Positions 11,408 through 25,107 of a stretch of DNA of 64,000 nucleotides are shown here, in pieces. The position numbers were made by a program, and so were the translations under genes. Position 1 is the stretch's first letter. Each line of letters begins with the position of its first letter. Origin of the DNA: Escherichia coli (GTDB lineage: Bacteria > Pseudomonadota > Gammaproteobacteria > Enterobacterales > Enterobacteriaceae); the NCBI RefSeq assembly GCF_003334255.1, contig NZ_QOWU01000003.1; one strand, 5' to 3'. The notes beneath the pieces are model-generated. The model had not been told where the DNA came from. It ran no database searches and worked only from the letters and a program-made list of their open reading frames with translations.

Positions 11408-13543
11408 TTACTCGCCCTGTTCAGCAGCCGGAGCTTCCGGTGCTGCAGCAGGTTGAGACTGCTCAGTCGCTTCTTTAATGCTCAGACGGATACGGCCCTG
11501 GCGATCAACTTCCAGAACTTTCACCGGTACTTCCTGACCCATCTGCAGGTAATCGGTCACTTTCTCAACGCGTTTGTCAGCGATTTGAGAGATGTGGACC
11601 AGACCTTCTTTACCGCCGCCGATGGCAACAAATGCGCCAAAGTCAACGATACGGGTCACTTTACCAGTGTAGACGCGGCCCACTTCGATTTCTGCAGTGA
11701 TCTCTTCGATACGACGAATAGCATGTTTCGCTTTCTCGCCGTCGGTCGCTGCAATCTTCACAGTACCGTCATCTTCGATTTCGATGGTGGTGCCAGTTTC
11801 TTCGGTCAGAGCACGGATTACAGAACCGCCTTTACCGATAACATCTTTGATCTTGTCCGGGTTGATCTTGATGGTATGGATACGCGGTGCGAACTCAGAG
11901 ATATCGCCACGCGGCGCGTTGATCGCCTGTTCCATTACGCCCAGGATATGCAGACGCGCACCTTTAGCCTGGTTCAGCGCAACCTGCATGATCTCTTTGG
12001 TGATACCTTCAATTTTGATATCCATCTGCAGTGCAGAGATACCGTCGCGGGAACCTGCAACTTTGAAGTCCATATCGCCCAGGTGATCTTCGTCGCCCAA
12101 AATGTCAGACAGTACAACGTAGTTGTCGCCTTCTTTCACCAGACCCATTGCGATACCCGCAACGGCAGCTTTGATCGGCACACCTGCGTCCATCAGCGCC
12201 AGAGACGCGCCGCACACGGAAGCCATAGAAGAGGAACCGTTGGATTCAGTGATTTCAGACACAACACGTACGGTGTACGGGAATTTGTCCATATCCGGCA
12301 TGACTGCCAGCACGCCGCGCTTCGCCAGACGACCGTGACCAATTTCACGACGCTTCGGAGAACCGACCATGCCGGTTTCGCCTACGGAGTACGGAGGGAA
12401 GTTGTAGTGGAACAGGAAGGTATCGGTACGTTCGCCCATCAGTTCATCAAGAACCTGCGCGTCACGAGCAGTACCCAGCGTTGCGGTAACCAGCGCCTGC
12501 GTTTCACCACGGGTGAACAGCGCAGAACCGTGAGTACGCGGCAGCACGCCAGTACGCACATCCAGACCACGGATCATATCTTTTTCACGACCGTCGATAC
12601 GCGGTTCGCCTGCCAGTACGCGGCTACGAACAACGTTTTTCTCGATCGCGTGCAGAATTTCACCCAGTTCGTTTTCGTCCAGGGTTTCGTCTTCAGCAAG
12701 CAGCGTCGCGATGGTTTCAGATTTGATGACATCAACCTGCGCATAACGCTCTTGTTTGTCGGTGATGCGGTAAGCATCGCTCAGGCGAGCTTCAGCCAGT
12801 GCAGCAACGCGCGCGTTTAGCGCTTCGTTTACCGGCTCCGGCTGCCAGTCCCAACGCGGTTTACCGGCTTCTTTCACCAGTTCATTGATGTTCTGAATAA
12901 CAACCTGCTGTTGTTCATGACCGAACACTACTGCGCCCAGCATCTGGTCTTCGCTCAGCAGTTGAGCTTCAGATTCAACCATCAGTACAGCGGCTTCAGT
13001 ACCGGCAACAACCAGATCCAGTTTGCTCTCTTTCAGCTCGTCCTGAGTCGGGTTCAGTACGTACTGGTCATTGATGTAACCTACGCGGGCAGCACCAATC
13101 GGGCCATTGAACGGAATACCAGACAGAGACAGCGCTGCGGAAGCACCAATCATCGCGACGATATCCGGGTTAACTTGCGGGTTAACAGAAACCACGGTGG
13201 CGATAACCTGAACTTCGTTGACGAAGCCTTCCGGGAACAGCGGGCGAATCGGGCGGTCAATCAGACGCGCGATCAGGGTTTCGCCTTCGCTTGGGCGGCC
13301 TTCACGACGGAAGAAGCTACCCGGGATACGACCAGCAGCGTAGGTACGCTCCTGATAGTTAACGGTCAGTGGGAAGAAGTCCTGACCTGGTTTGGCTTTT
13401 TTCTGGCCAACAACGGTAACGAATACCGCGGTGTCATCCATGCTAACCATAACAGCGGCAGTAGCCTGACGAGCCATCATGCCGGTTTCCAGAGTCACGG
13501 TGTGTTGGCCGTACTGGAATTTACGAACGATCGGATTAAGCAA
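11408..13543 (-). CDS. pnp: Polynucleotide phosphorylase (PNPase), 711 aa, UUG start
   Basis: ORF track 11408..13630; mature N-terminus [21 protein letters not shown] begins at the TTG codon (plus-strand caa at 13541..13543); KH and S1 domains at the C-terminus. Confidence 0.92.
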   Translation of the reverse strand: MLNPIVRKFQYGQHTVTLETGMMARQATAAVMVSMDDTAVFVTVVGQKKAKPGQDFFPLTVNYQERTYAAGRIPGSFFRREGRPSEGETLIARLIDRPIRPLFPEGFVNEVQVIATVVSVNPQVNPDIVAMIGASAALSLSGIPFNGPIGAARVGYINDQYVLNPTQDELKESKLDLVVAGTEAAVLMVESEAQLLSEDQMLGAVVFGHEQQQVVIQNINELVKEAGKPRWDWQPEPVNEALNARVAALAEARLSDAYRITDKQERYAQVDVIKSETIATLLAEDETLDENELGEILHAIEKNVVRSRVLAGEPRIDGREKDMIRGLDVRTGVLPRTHGSALFTRGETQALVTATLGTARDAQVLDELMGERTDTFLFHYNFPPYSVGETGMVGSPKRREIGHGRLAKRGVLAVMPDMDKFPYTVRVVSEITESNGSSSMASVCGASLALMDAGVPIKAAVAGIAMGLVKEGDNYVVLSDILGDEDHLGDMDFKVAGSRDGISALQMDIKIEGITKEIMQVALNQAKGARLHILGVMEQAINAPRGDISEFAPRIHTIKINPDKIKDVIGKGGSVIRALTEETGTTIEIEDDGTVKIAATDGEKAKHAIRRIEEITAEIEVGRVYTGKVTRIVDFGAFVAIGGGKEGLVHISQIADKRVEKVTDYLQMGQEVPVKVLEVDRQGRIRLSIKEATEQSQPAAAPEAPAAEQGE

Positions 13544-13744
13544 TGTAATATCCTTTCTCTTTCTTAGACAGTACCTTACGGCACTGGTGTTAATACCCGA
13601 TCTTCTGCGCATCCTCGCGACTAATGACAACCCTAACCCAGCTCTATGTGGGTAAAGCCTCTCATTAGCCGCGCGAACCTCTGCAACGGAAGATCATTCA
13701 TAGCAACAATACATTAGTTTCCAGTGAATTGCTGCCGTCAGCTT

Positions 13745-13774
13745 GAAAAAAGGGGCCACTCAGGCCCCCTTTTC
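13745..13774 (-). terminator. Rho-independent terminator after rpsO, inside the rpsO-pnp leader region
   Basis: Minus strand: GGGGGCCTGAGTGGCCCC hairpin followed by TTTTTT. Confidence 0.7.
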
Positions 13775-13789
13775 TGAAACTCGCAAGAA

Positions 13790-14155
<366 letters not shown>

Positions 14156-14207
14156 TTAAGCGGCAGTATTCTACTCGTAGCGACCTGTTATCGCAAGACG
14201 GTTAACA

Positions 14208-15152
14208 TTACGCCGGGTATTCAACCACCAGGCGACGAGGCGCAACGCGGCCTTCATCGTCAATTTCGCCCATACCGATAAATTTGCCGTTCTCACCTTC
14301 CGTGACGCGAACCAGTCCTTCCAGTGGCGCACCAGATGTACGAACCGGGTTACCATTTTTGAAGTAAACAGAAGACGTTAACGGAAGATTCACCACCGGA
14401 TAGTCCGAAGCTGGACTGTCCATTGGCATCAGTAATGGATCAAGTAACTCCGCGGCTGGAATATCCTGCTGTTCAGCTTGCTCAACAAGTTCACGCAGGT
14501 GCTCCAGGGTCACCATCCGTTCAACCGGATATTTACTTACCGCCAGACGGCGCAGGTAAATAACATGCGCGCCACAGCCGAGTTTTTCACCCAGGTCATC
14601 AATGATGGTGCGGATATAAGTGCCTTTTGAGCAGTGAATTTCCAGCTCCAGCTCATTGCCTTCATGGCGAATAAACAGCAATTCATAAACGGTAATCGGA
14701 CGCGCTTCACGCGGAACTTCAATGCCCTGACGCGCATATTCGTACAGTTTTTTGCCCTGATATTTCAGTGCTGAATACATCGAAGGGATCTGTTCGATAT
14801 CGCCACGGAAAGTATCCAGTGCCGCTGCCAGCTGCTCTGCGCTAAAGGTTACCGGACGTTCTTCAACGATCTGTCCGTCGGCATCAGAAGTATCGGTACG
14901 CTGTCCAAGACGCGCAATGACCCGATAGCGTTTGTCGGAGTCCAGCAGATACTGGGAAAACTTCGTCGCTTCCCCGAGGCAAATCGGCAACATGCCGGTC
15001 GCCAGCGGGTCCAGCGCACCGGTATGCCCGGCACGGTTGGCGTTATATATACGTTTCACTTTTTGCAGCGCATCGTTGCTGGACATACCCTGAGGTTTAT
15101 CCAGCAACAAAACGCCGTTAATGTCGCGACCGCGACGACGAGGACGACTCAT
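14208..15152 (-). CDS. truB: tRNA pseudouridine-55 synthase TruB, 314 aa
   Basis: ORF track; [17 protein letters not shown]...[16 protein letters not shown] catalytic region. Confidence 0.93.
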
Positions 15153-15553
15153 TAGTCCTCCTTGCTGTCGTCCGGGTTAACACGACGTTCTTCGTCATGT
15201 TTGACCACGCTGGTCACCAGGTTTGACATGCGCATCCCTTCAACCAGAGAGTTGTCGTAGAAGAAGGTCAGTTCCGGCACGATACGCAGGCGCATCGCTT
15301 TCCCCAGCAGGCTGCGGATGAAACCAGAAGCTTCTTGCAACGCTTTGATGCCCGCTTTAACCGCGTCTTCATCTTTGTCGTTGAGGAACGTCACATATAC
15401 TTTGGCATACGCCAGGTCGCGAGACATTTCGACACCGGAAACGGTGGTCATCATGCCCAGGCGAGGATCTTTAATTTCACGCTGCAGGATGAGAGCGATC
15501 TCTTTTTGCATTTCCTGCGCTACGCGCTGCGGGCGACCAAATTCTTTCGCCAT
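15152..15553 (-). CDS. rbfA: Ribosome-binding factor A, 133 aa
   Basis: ORF track 15152..15571; start trimmed to [20 protein letters not shown]; stop overlaps truB ATG (TAATG). Confidence 0.9.
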
Positions 15554-15716
15554 AATAAATTCTCCTGACAAAAAAGGGGCTGTTAGCCCCTTTTTAAAAT
15601 TAATTTCAGGTGGAAGGGCTGTTCACGTTGACCTGATAAGACGCGCCAGCGTCACATCAGGCAATCCATGCCGGATGCAGCGTAAACGCCTTATCCCGCA
15701 TGGAACCCTAAAAACC

Positions 15717-18389
15717 TTAAGCAATGGTACGTTGGATCTCGATGATTTCGAATACTTCGATCACATCGCCAGTGCGGACGTCGTTGTAGTTCTTAACGCC
15801 GATACCACATTCCATACCGTTACGGACTTCGTTAACGTCATCTTTGAAGCGGCGCAGGGACTCCAGCTCGCCTTCGTAGATAACCACGTTGTCACGCAGA
15901 ACGCGGATCGGGTTGTGACGTTTAACCACACCTTCGGTAACCATACAGCCTGCGATGGCACCAAATTTCGGCGATTTGAACACGTCACGAACTTCCGCCA
16001 GACCGATAATCTGCTGTTTCAGTTCCGGAGACAGCATACCGCTCATCGCCGCTTTCACTTCGTCAATCAGGTTATAGATGACGGAGTAGTAACGCAGATC
16101 CAGGCTTTCCGCTTCAATCACTTTACGTGCAGAGGCATCAGCACGTACGTTAAAGCCAACCAGGATGGCGTTGGACGCCGCAGCCAGGGTGGCGTCGGTT
16201 TCGGTGATACCACCTACGCCAGAACCGATGATCTTCACTTTAACTTCGTCAGTAGACAGTTTCAGCAAGGAGTCGGAGATCGCTTCGACAGAACCCTGTA
16301 CGTCTGCCTTCAGGACGATATTCACTTCGTGAACTTCGCCTTCGGTCATGTTGGCGAACATGTTCTCGAGTTTAGATTTCTGCTGACGCGCCAGTTTAAC
16401 TTCGCGGAATTTACCCTGACGATAGAGTGCAACTTCACGCGCTTTCTTCTCGTCACGTACAACGGTAACTTCATCACCCGCAGCCGGTACGCCGGACAGG
16501 CCGAGGATTTCCACCGGAATGGACGGACCCGCTTCCAGCACTTCCTGACCCAGTTCGTTACGCATCGCACGAACACGACCGTATTCGAAGCCACACAGAA
16601 CGATATCGCCCTTGTGCAGAGTACCTTCACGTACCAGAACGGTAGCAACCGGACCACGACCTTTATCGAGGAAGGATTCGATAACCGCACCGCTCGCCAT
16701 ACCTTTACGTACCGCTTTCAGCTCCAGAACTTCCGCCTGCAGCAGGATAGCGTCCAGCAGTTCATCGATACCGGTACCCGCTTTCGCAGATACGTGTACG
16801 AACTGGCTTTCACCGCCCCACTCTTCCGGCAGGATGCCGTACTGGGAGAGTTCGTTCTTAACGCGATCCGGATCAGCTTCTGGTTTATCGATCTTGTTCA
16901 CTGCAACCACCACCGGTACCTGCGCCGCTTTCGCGTGCTGGATTGCTTCGATGGTCTGCGGCATCACACCGTCGTCGGCAGCAACAACCAGGACTACGAT
17001 GTCCGTTGCCTGCGCACCACGAGCACGCATTGAAGTAAACGCGGCGTGCCCCGGGGTGTCCAGGAAGGTGATCATGCCGTTTTCAGTTTCAACGTGGTAT
17101 GCACCAATGTGCTGGGTAATGCCGCCCGCTTCGCCAGAGGCCACTTTCGTTGAACGAATGTAGTCCAGCAGAGAGGTTTTACCGTGGTCAACGTGACCCA
17201 TGATGGTCACAACCGGCGCGCGCGGTTCAGCCGCAGCACCCGTGTCACGGTCGCTCATTACCGCCTCTTCCAGCTCGTTTTCACGACGCAGGATAACTTT
17301 ATGGCCCATCTCTTCAGCAACCAGCTGTGCGGTTTCCTGATCGATAACCTGGTTGATGGTTGCCATTGCGCCCAGTTTCATCATCGCTTTGATGACCTGA
17401 GAGCCTTTAACCGCCATCTTGTTCGCCAGTTCGCCAACGGTGATAGTTTCGCCGATCACAACGTCACGGTTAACGGCCTGAGCAGGCTTCTGGAAGCCTT
17501 GCTGCAGCGAAGAACCTTTACGTTTTCCGCCTTTACCGCCACGTACTGCTGCGCGTGCTTCTTCACGATCAGCTTTTGATTCAGCGTGTTTGTTGCCTTT
17601 CTTCGGACGCGCTGCTTTCGCGTTACGACCACGGCCACGGCCGCCTTCGACTTCACGATCGCTTTCGTCTTCTGCCTGGCGAGCATGTTGAGAAGTAGTG
17701 ACGTGATAATCGCTGGAATCTTCAGTCGGTTCCGCGTTATCAGTCCATTTGTTTTCTTCCGCCATACGACGTGCTTCTTCAGCAACGCGACGTGCTTCTT
17801 CTTCGAGTTTACGACGCGCTTCTTCTTCAGCTTTACGCTTGAGCTCTGCAGCTTCCTGCTCACGGCGGGCTTTTTCAGCCTGGGCGTTTTTAGTCATATC
17901 GTCTTGTTGATTGCTCACTTTGTCTTTTTCCGCAGCTTCACGTTTCGCTTGTTCAGCAGCTTCACGCTTAGCTTGTTCTGCGGCCTCACGTTCAGCTTTT
18001 TGTTGCGCCTCGCGTTTAGCCGATTCTTCTGCCTCACGACGGGCTTGCTCTTCCGCTTCACGCTGCGCTTGCTCTTCCGCTGCAAGGCGTTCAGCCTCTT
18101 GCGGATCGCGTTTCACAAAGGTGCGTTTCTTGCGGACTTCGATTTGTACCGATTTGCTTTTTCCACCGGTACCAGGAATGTTAAGGGTGCTGCGTGTTTT
18201 ACGTTGCAGCGTCAATTTGTCCGGGCCTGAATTTTTCTGATTCAGGTGGTCAATCAAAGTCTGTTTCTCTTGTGCAGACACAGAGTCGTCAGCAGACTTC
18301 CGGATACCTGCATCAGCAAATTGCTGTACCAGGCGTTCCACGGAGGTCTGTCGCTCTGCGGCCAGCGTTTTAATCGTTACATCTGTCAT
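15717..18389 (-). CDS. infB: Translation initiation factor IF-2, 890 aa
   Basis: ORF track; G-domain [21 protein letters not shown]; Glu/Ala/Lys-rich repeats near the N-terminus. Confidence 0.95.
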
Positions 18390-18413
18390 GCTGTTCCTTC
18401 CTGCTACAGTTTA

Positions 18414-19901
<1,488 letters not shown>

Positions 19902-19928
19902 CGCGGGCTTTTCACCTCATCCAGACTA

Positions 19929-20381
19929 TTAAAAGTGGGGAACCAGGTTCGCCTTCTGGATATTACTCAGCGCGAACACTTCATCTTTACCTTCGACGGT
20001 AACTGTGATCATTTCACCGTCTACCGCTTTGATAACGCCCTGCCATTTACGACGGTTTTGTACCGCCATACGGAGAACCAGAGTCACCTCTTCTCCGACA
20101 AAACGGGCGTAGTGTTCAGCCGTGAACAGTGGGCGATCGAGACCCGGTGAGGAGACTTCCAGGTTATAAGCAACGGTGATGGGATCTTCAACATCCAGCA
20201 CAGCACTTACCTGGTGGCTCACATCAGCACAATCATCAACATTGATGCCATCTTCACTATCAATATAGATGCGCAGTGTGGATGTGCGACCGCGAATAAA
20301 TTCGATGCCAACCAGTTCAAAACCCAGGGCCTCAACTGGCGCAGTAATCATCTCTGTTAATTTTTGCTCTAATGTGGACAA
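19929..20381 (-). CDS. rimP: Ribosome maturation factor RimP, 150 aa, probable UUG start
   Basis: ORF track 19929..20393; the 150-aa form [23 protein letters not shown] begins at an in-frame TTG. Confidence 0.85.
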
Positions 20382-20405
20382 GCCCACCCCCAAGACATAA
20401 AAAAA

Positions 20406-20466
20406 GGGCCTAAAGCCCAGTTATTCTGTAGTCAGATAACAAAAAACCCCGATAAATCGGGGCTTT
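20406..20466 (-). terminator. Two tandem hairpin plus U-run structures between metY and rimP
   Basis: Minus strand: gccccgatttatcggggc followed by TTTTTT, then gggctttaggccc followed by TTTTTTT. Confidence 0.55.
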
Positions 20467-20587
20467 ATATAACTGAACCCTATAACCGCAACTGCGGTCT
20501 GGAGCACTTTCCAGAAGGATTTTTTCAAATCCCACTACGAAGGCCGAAGTCTTCACAGTATATTTGAAAAAGGACTCTAAGGGAAAG

Positions 20588-20664
<77 letters not shown>

Positions 20665-20924
20665 CCTGAAACGTGGCAAATTCTACTCGTTTTGGGTAAA
20701 AAATGCAAATACTGCTGGGATTTGGTGTACCGAGACGGGACGTAAAATCTGCAGGCATTATAGTGATCCACGCCACATTTTGTCAACGTTTATTGCTAAT
20801 CATGTGAATGAATATCCAGTTCACTTTCATTTGTTGAATACTTTTGCCTTCTCCTGCTCTCCCTTAAGCGCATTATTTTACAAAAAACACACTAAACTCT
20901 TCCTGTCTCCGATAAAAGATGATT

Positions 20925-20960
20925 AAATGAAAACTCATTTATTTTGCATAAAAATTCAGT
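20925..20960 (+). promoter_or_regulatory. Two adjacent ARG-box-like sites (ArgR operator) upstream of argG
   Basis: aaTGAAAACTCATTta and ttTGCATAAAAATTCAgt resemble the ARG box consensus TNTGAATWWWWATTCAN; about 50 bp upstream of the argG ATG. Confidence 0.45.
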
Positions 20961-20996
20961 GAGAGCGGAAATCCAGGCTCATCATCAGTTAATTAA

Positions 20997-22355
<1,359 letters not shown>

Positions 22356-22362
22356 TTCGACA

Positions 22363-23988
22363 TCAACCCTGCCCTTCAGGGGTGGGGTTACCTTGCTTAT
22401 CCTCTGTAAACTCCTTTCTGAGCATCACATAATCGAAAACATCATGGTTTGCATCCACAACCCGTGAGTCTCCTTTATAGTGTGCAATCACTTCCTCAAG
22501 CGTTTGCGGCTGTTCCGGCTTTGTTACCCCCATCCACGCATTAATAAGGTAATTATTGTAAGCTGTCGAAAAGATGTTGTTTTCCGTTGTGCGATCCACG
22601 CCATCCCCAAGAACGGGGCTATACCAGATAAACATCGGGACATGATATGCCTGCTGGCTAGCCTCCCTGCCTCCATGAAAATAGACGTTCTTCTTCGTAG
22701 GGTCACGTTCCAGGCCGTGGTCGGCAAAATACATGACCGAGGCGCGGCGATCTTTTAATAATTCAAAAACCTGACCTAGCAAACTATCTGTGTAATGAAT
22801 GGAGTTGTCATAGCAGGCATCCTGATCGTCCTGCGGTTGAAACACGGCGCTGGATTGCGGATAGGCGCTACAAGCCGGTTCATGGCTTCCATTTAAATGA
22901 AGAACAATCAGTTTCTTTTGCTGCGTATTTTGCTGTAATGCTTGCGATAAATGCGGCAACAACAATTCATCAAATCCTCTGACATAAACTGTTTCCATGG
23001 CGCGCATGGCGATACTGGTAACTGCTGTACCATTCTGCCGAAAAGCGGATTGCGAGCTTAGCCAGAAAGTCTGAAATCCTGCTTGATTAGCCATATTAAT
23101 AATGTTGTCGGGGTAATTATGAATGTCATGACTCAAAACAGAATCAGCAGTTAAAGAAAGGGGAACCGACAGCGCAGTGTAAGGTGCGCCGCTTATTGCT
23201 TGATTAAACAGTTTGATCTGTTTTCTTTGTGCTTCAACTTGCGGTGTCGTAGAGCGTGTATATCCATACAAAGACATATTGTCGACACGTACAGACTCCC
23301 CCACAATCAACACGTAGGTATCAATACCTGTATCCCTGACTGATAATTGAAAATACGGCACCGTGTTTGCAATTGAGAGTAATCTTTGATGCTCTTTCGC
23401 TGCTAAAGCAAAATAGTTGAGATTGAAAAACGGCGTATAGGTAGCAAATCGCGACGCTAGTATATATGGACTGAACGCTTTTTTATTTTTTGCATCTTTA
23501 TAAGCAAATTGACAAGCGGAAAATAAACTGCCCGAAATGACAATCAGCAATAATATTCCTGTCACTTTTTTTGTCGGCAAGGAAACATCATATTTTATTA
23601 TTACTGCCAAAAAAAGAAGGGATAAAAAAGCAAAGGCACATAGATAAGGGATATACATCCCCAGCATTTTGACAACTTCATCCGGATCACTCTGGAGCAC
23701 ACTAATCGCAAATCCATCATTGAAAGTTGTACCAAAGGTACACCATGAATAGAGGCTAATACTCATGTCTGCCGCAGTCAGTAACACAAATGGTGCGGCA
23801 ACAAGCAGGCGAAGCGGAAGGGATGATATACGTTTTACAACCAGGATGGTCAGAACGAAGAACAGCAAGCGCTGAACCATATGCGCTCCGGAAGAAGCGA
23901 CTAAGTTCGTAATACCAAAAACAATAACACAAAGATACAACAACCAATGAGATTTAAAAGTTCTAGCAAATTTGTTGAATACTGTCAT
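22363..23988 (-). CDS. yhbX: Putative phosphoethanolamine transferase (EptA/sulfatase-like family) YhbX, 541 aa
   Basis: ORF track 22363..24021; start trimmed to MTVFNKFARTFKS; N-terminal TM helices plus C-terminal sulfatase-like domain; AT-rich. Confidence 0.8.
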   Translation of the reverse strand: MTVFNKFARTFKSHWLLYLCVIVFGITNLVASSGAHMVQRLLFFVLTILVVKRISSLPLRLLVAAPFVLLTAADMSISLYSWCTFGTTFNDGFAISVLQSDPDEVVKMLGMYIPYLCAFAFLSLLFLAVIIKYDVSLPTKKVTGILLLIVISGSLFSACQFAYKDAKNKKAFSPYILASRFATYTPFFNLNYFALAAKEHQRLLSIANTVPYFQLSVRDTGIDTYVLIVGESVRVDNMSLYGYTRSTTPQVEAQRKQIKLFNQAISGAPYTALSVPLSLTADSVLSHDIHNYPDNIINMANQAGFQTFWLSSQSAFRQNGTAVTSIAMRAMETVYVRGFDELLLPHLSQALQQNTQQKKLIVLHLNGSHEPACSAYPQSSAVFQPQDDQDACYDNSIHYTDSLLGQVFELLKDRRASVMYFADHGLERDPTKKNVYFHGGREASQQAYHVPMFIWYSPVLGDGVDRTTENNIFSTAYNNYLINAWMGVTKPEQPQTLEEVIAHYKGDSRVVDANHDVFDYVMLRKEFTEDKQGNPTPEGQG

Positions 23989-24410
23989 CCAGAAATCCAA
24001 GTTCACAACCAATATAAACAATTATCAACAATGTTTAATTTTATATCAGACATGTTTTTCAACTCTGATCCATATCAGAACGAAACACTGTTAGTTTTTT
24101 CTTTTTAAATGATGCGGCCATTGCGTTCTCAGTAATTAAATAACATTATCAATGCGTCTCTAAACATTACGCAGAACGTAGCCATCAGTCGTTATACTGA
24201 CAGGAGCAGGATGGTTTATCGAGAAGTAAACATATCCGTATTCGTACCGGAACTGGAGTTGACACAATAAAGTGCCAATTATGTCAGTAGAAGGGAAAAA
24301 TTTATAACTAAGGCGTACCGGCACCATCGTTTCAAGGTACCAGCTACGAGTAAAGCAACTGGACGAGATACAGATACCTGACAACCATTCCTCAGACCTG
24401 GACCAAAACG

Positions 24411-24440
24411 AAAAAAGACGCTTTTCAGCGTCTCTTTTCT
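24411..24440 (-). terminator. Rho-independent terminator after leuU (secG-leuU transcript)
   Basis: Minus strand: aagacgctgaaaagcgtctt hairpin followed by TTTTTT. Confidence 0.7.
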
Positions 24441-24446
24441 GGAATT

Positions 24447-24533
24447 TGGTACCGAGGACGGGACTTGAACCCGTAAGCCCTATTGGGCACTACCACCTCA
24501 AGGTAGCGTGTCTACCAATTCCACCACCTCGGC
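24447..24533 (-). tRNA. leuU: tRNA-Leu (GAG), type II with long variable arm
   Basis: Minus strand reads GCCGAGGTGGTGGAATTGGTAGACACGCTACCTTGAGGTGGTAGTGCCCAATAGGGCTTACGGGTTCAAGTCCCGTCCTCGGTACCA. Confidence 0.92.
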
Positions 24534-24547
24534 ACGGATACTACTTT

Positions 24548-24880
24548 TTAGTTCGGGATATCGCTGGTCGGCTTAGCCGGAGCAGCTGGCTGAGTTTGTT
24601 CGGTTTTCGCCGGTGCACTCAGATTTTCCCATTCGCTACCTTTATTGGTTTTGTTGCTATTGATGTTACCCAGCACCAGACTGATGATGAAGAATAACGT
24701 TGCCAGCAGCGCCGTCATGCGGGTCATGAAGTTACCAGAACCACTTGAACCAAACAGCGTAGCGGAAGCGCCTGCTCCGAAGGAGGCTCCCATATCAGCG
24801 CCTTTACCTTGCTGCAGCATGATCAGACCAACAAGGCCAATTGCCACAATAAGGAAAACTACTAAAAGAGCTTCATACAT
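24548..24880 (-). CDS. secG: Protein-export membrane protein SecG, 110 aa
   Basis: ORF track 24548..24928; start trimmed to MYEALLVVFLIVAIGLVGLIMLQQGKGADMG. Confidence 0.9.
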   Translation of the reverse strand: MYEALLVVFLIVAIGLVGLIMLQQGKGADMGASFGAGASATLFGSSGSGNFMTRMTALLATLFFIISLVLGNINSNKTNKGSEWENLSAPAKTEQTQPAAPAKPTSDIPN

Positions 24881-25062
24881 AATCAACCTGTTCCTTGCGG
24901 AGTTGCCGCGTACCAATGCTTCAACCAATAAAGCGGGAGTTTTTAATCTTTCCCACTGAAGCGGGTGTGAATACTAACCAAAGCGAATGACCTTCGCAAG
25001 GGCAATTTTATCGCATTGTATCAACTGCGGAAAAAAACAGCAAAACCGATGTGTTCGCTGAG

Positions 25063-25090
25063 AAAAAAGGCGACAATCGCCGCCTTTTTA
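25063..25090 (-). terminator. Rho-independent terminator after glmM
   Basis: Minus strand: aaggcggcgattgtcgcctt hairpin followed by a T-run. Confidence 0.65.
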
Positions 25091-25107
25091 GCCAGTTATC
25101 TAACGCT

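Noticed and set aside
11345-12820. 491-aa ORF on the plus strand
   Set aside because: Entirely antisense to pnp, whose minus-strand product is a well-conserved 711-aa PNPase; the composition is an artefact of the opposite coding frame.
15318-17033. 571-aa plus-strand ORF
   Set aside because: Antisense to rbfA and infB; no start context and no recognisable domain; infB on the minus strand explains the region.
24160-24384. 74-aa minus-strand ORF in the yhbX-leuU spacer
   Set aside because: Lies in AT-rich spacer DNA with no convincing RBS or domain; most likely non-coding, though a small protein cannot be excluded without expression data.
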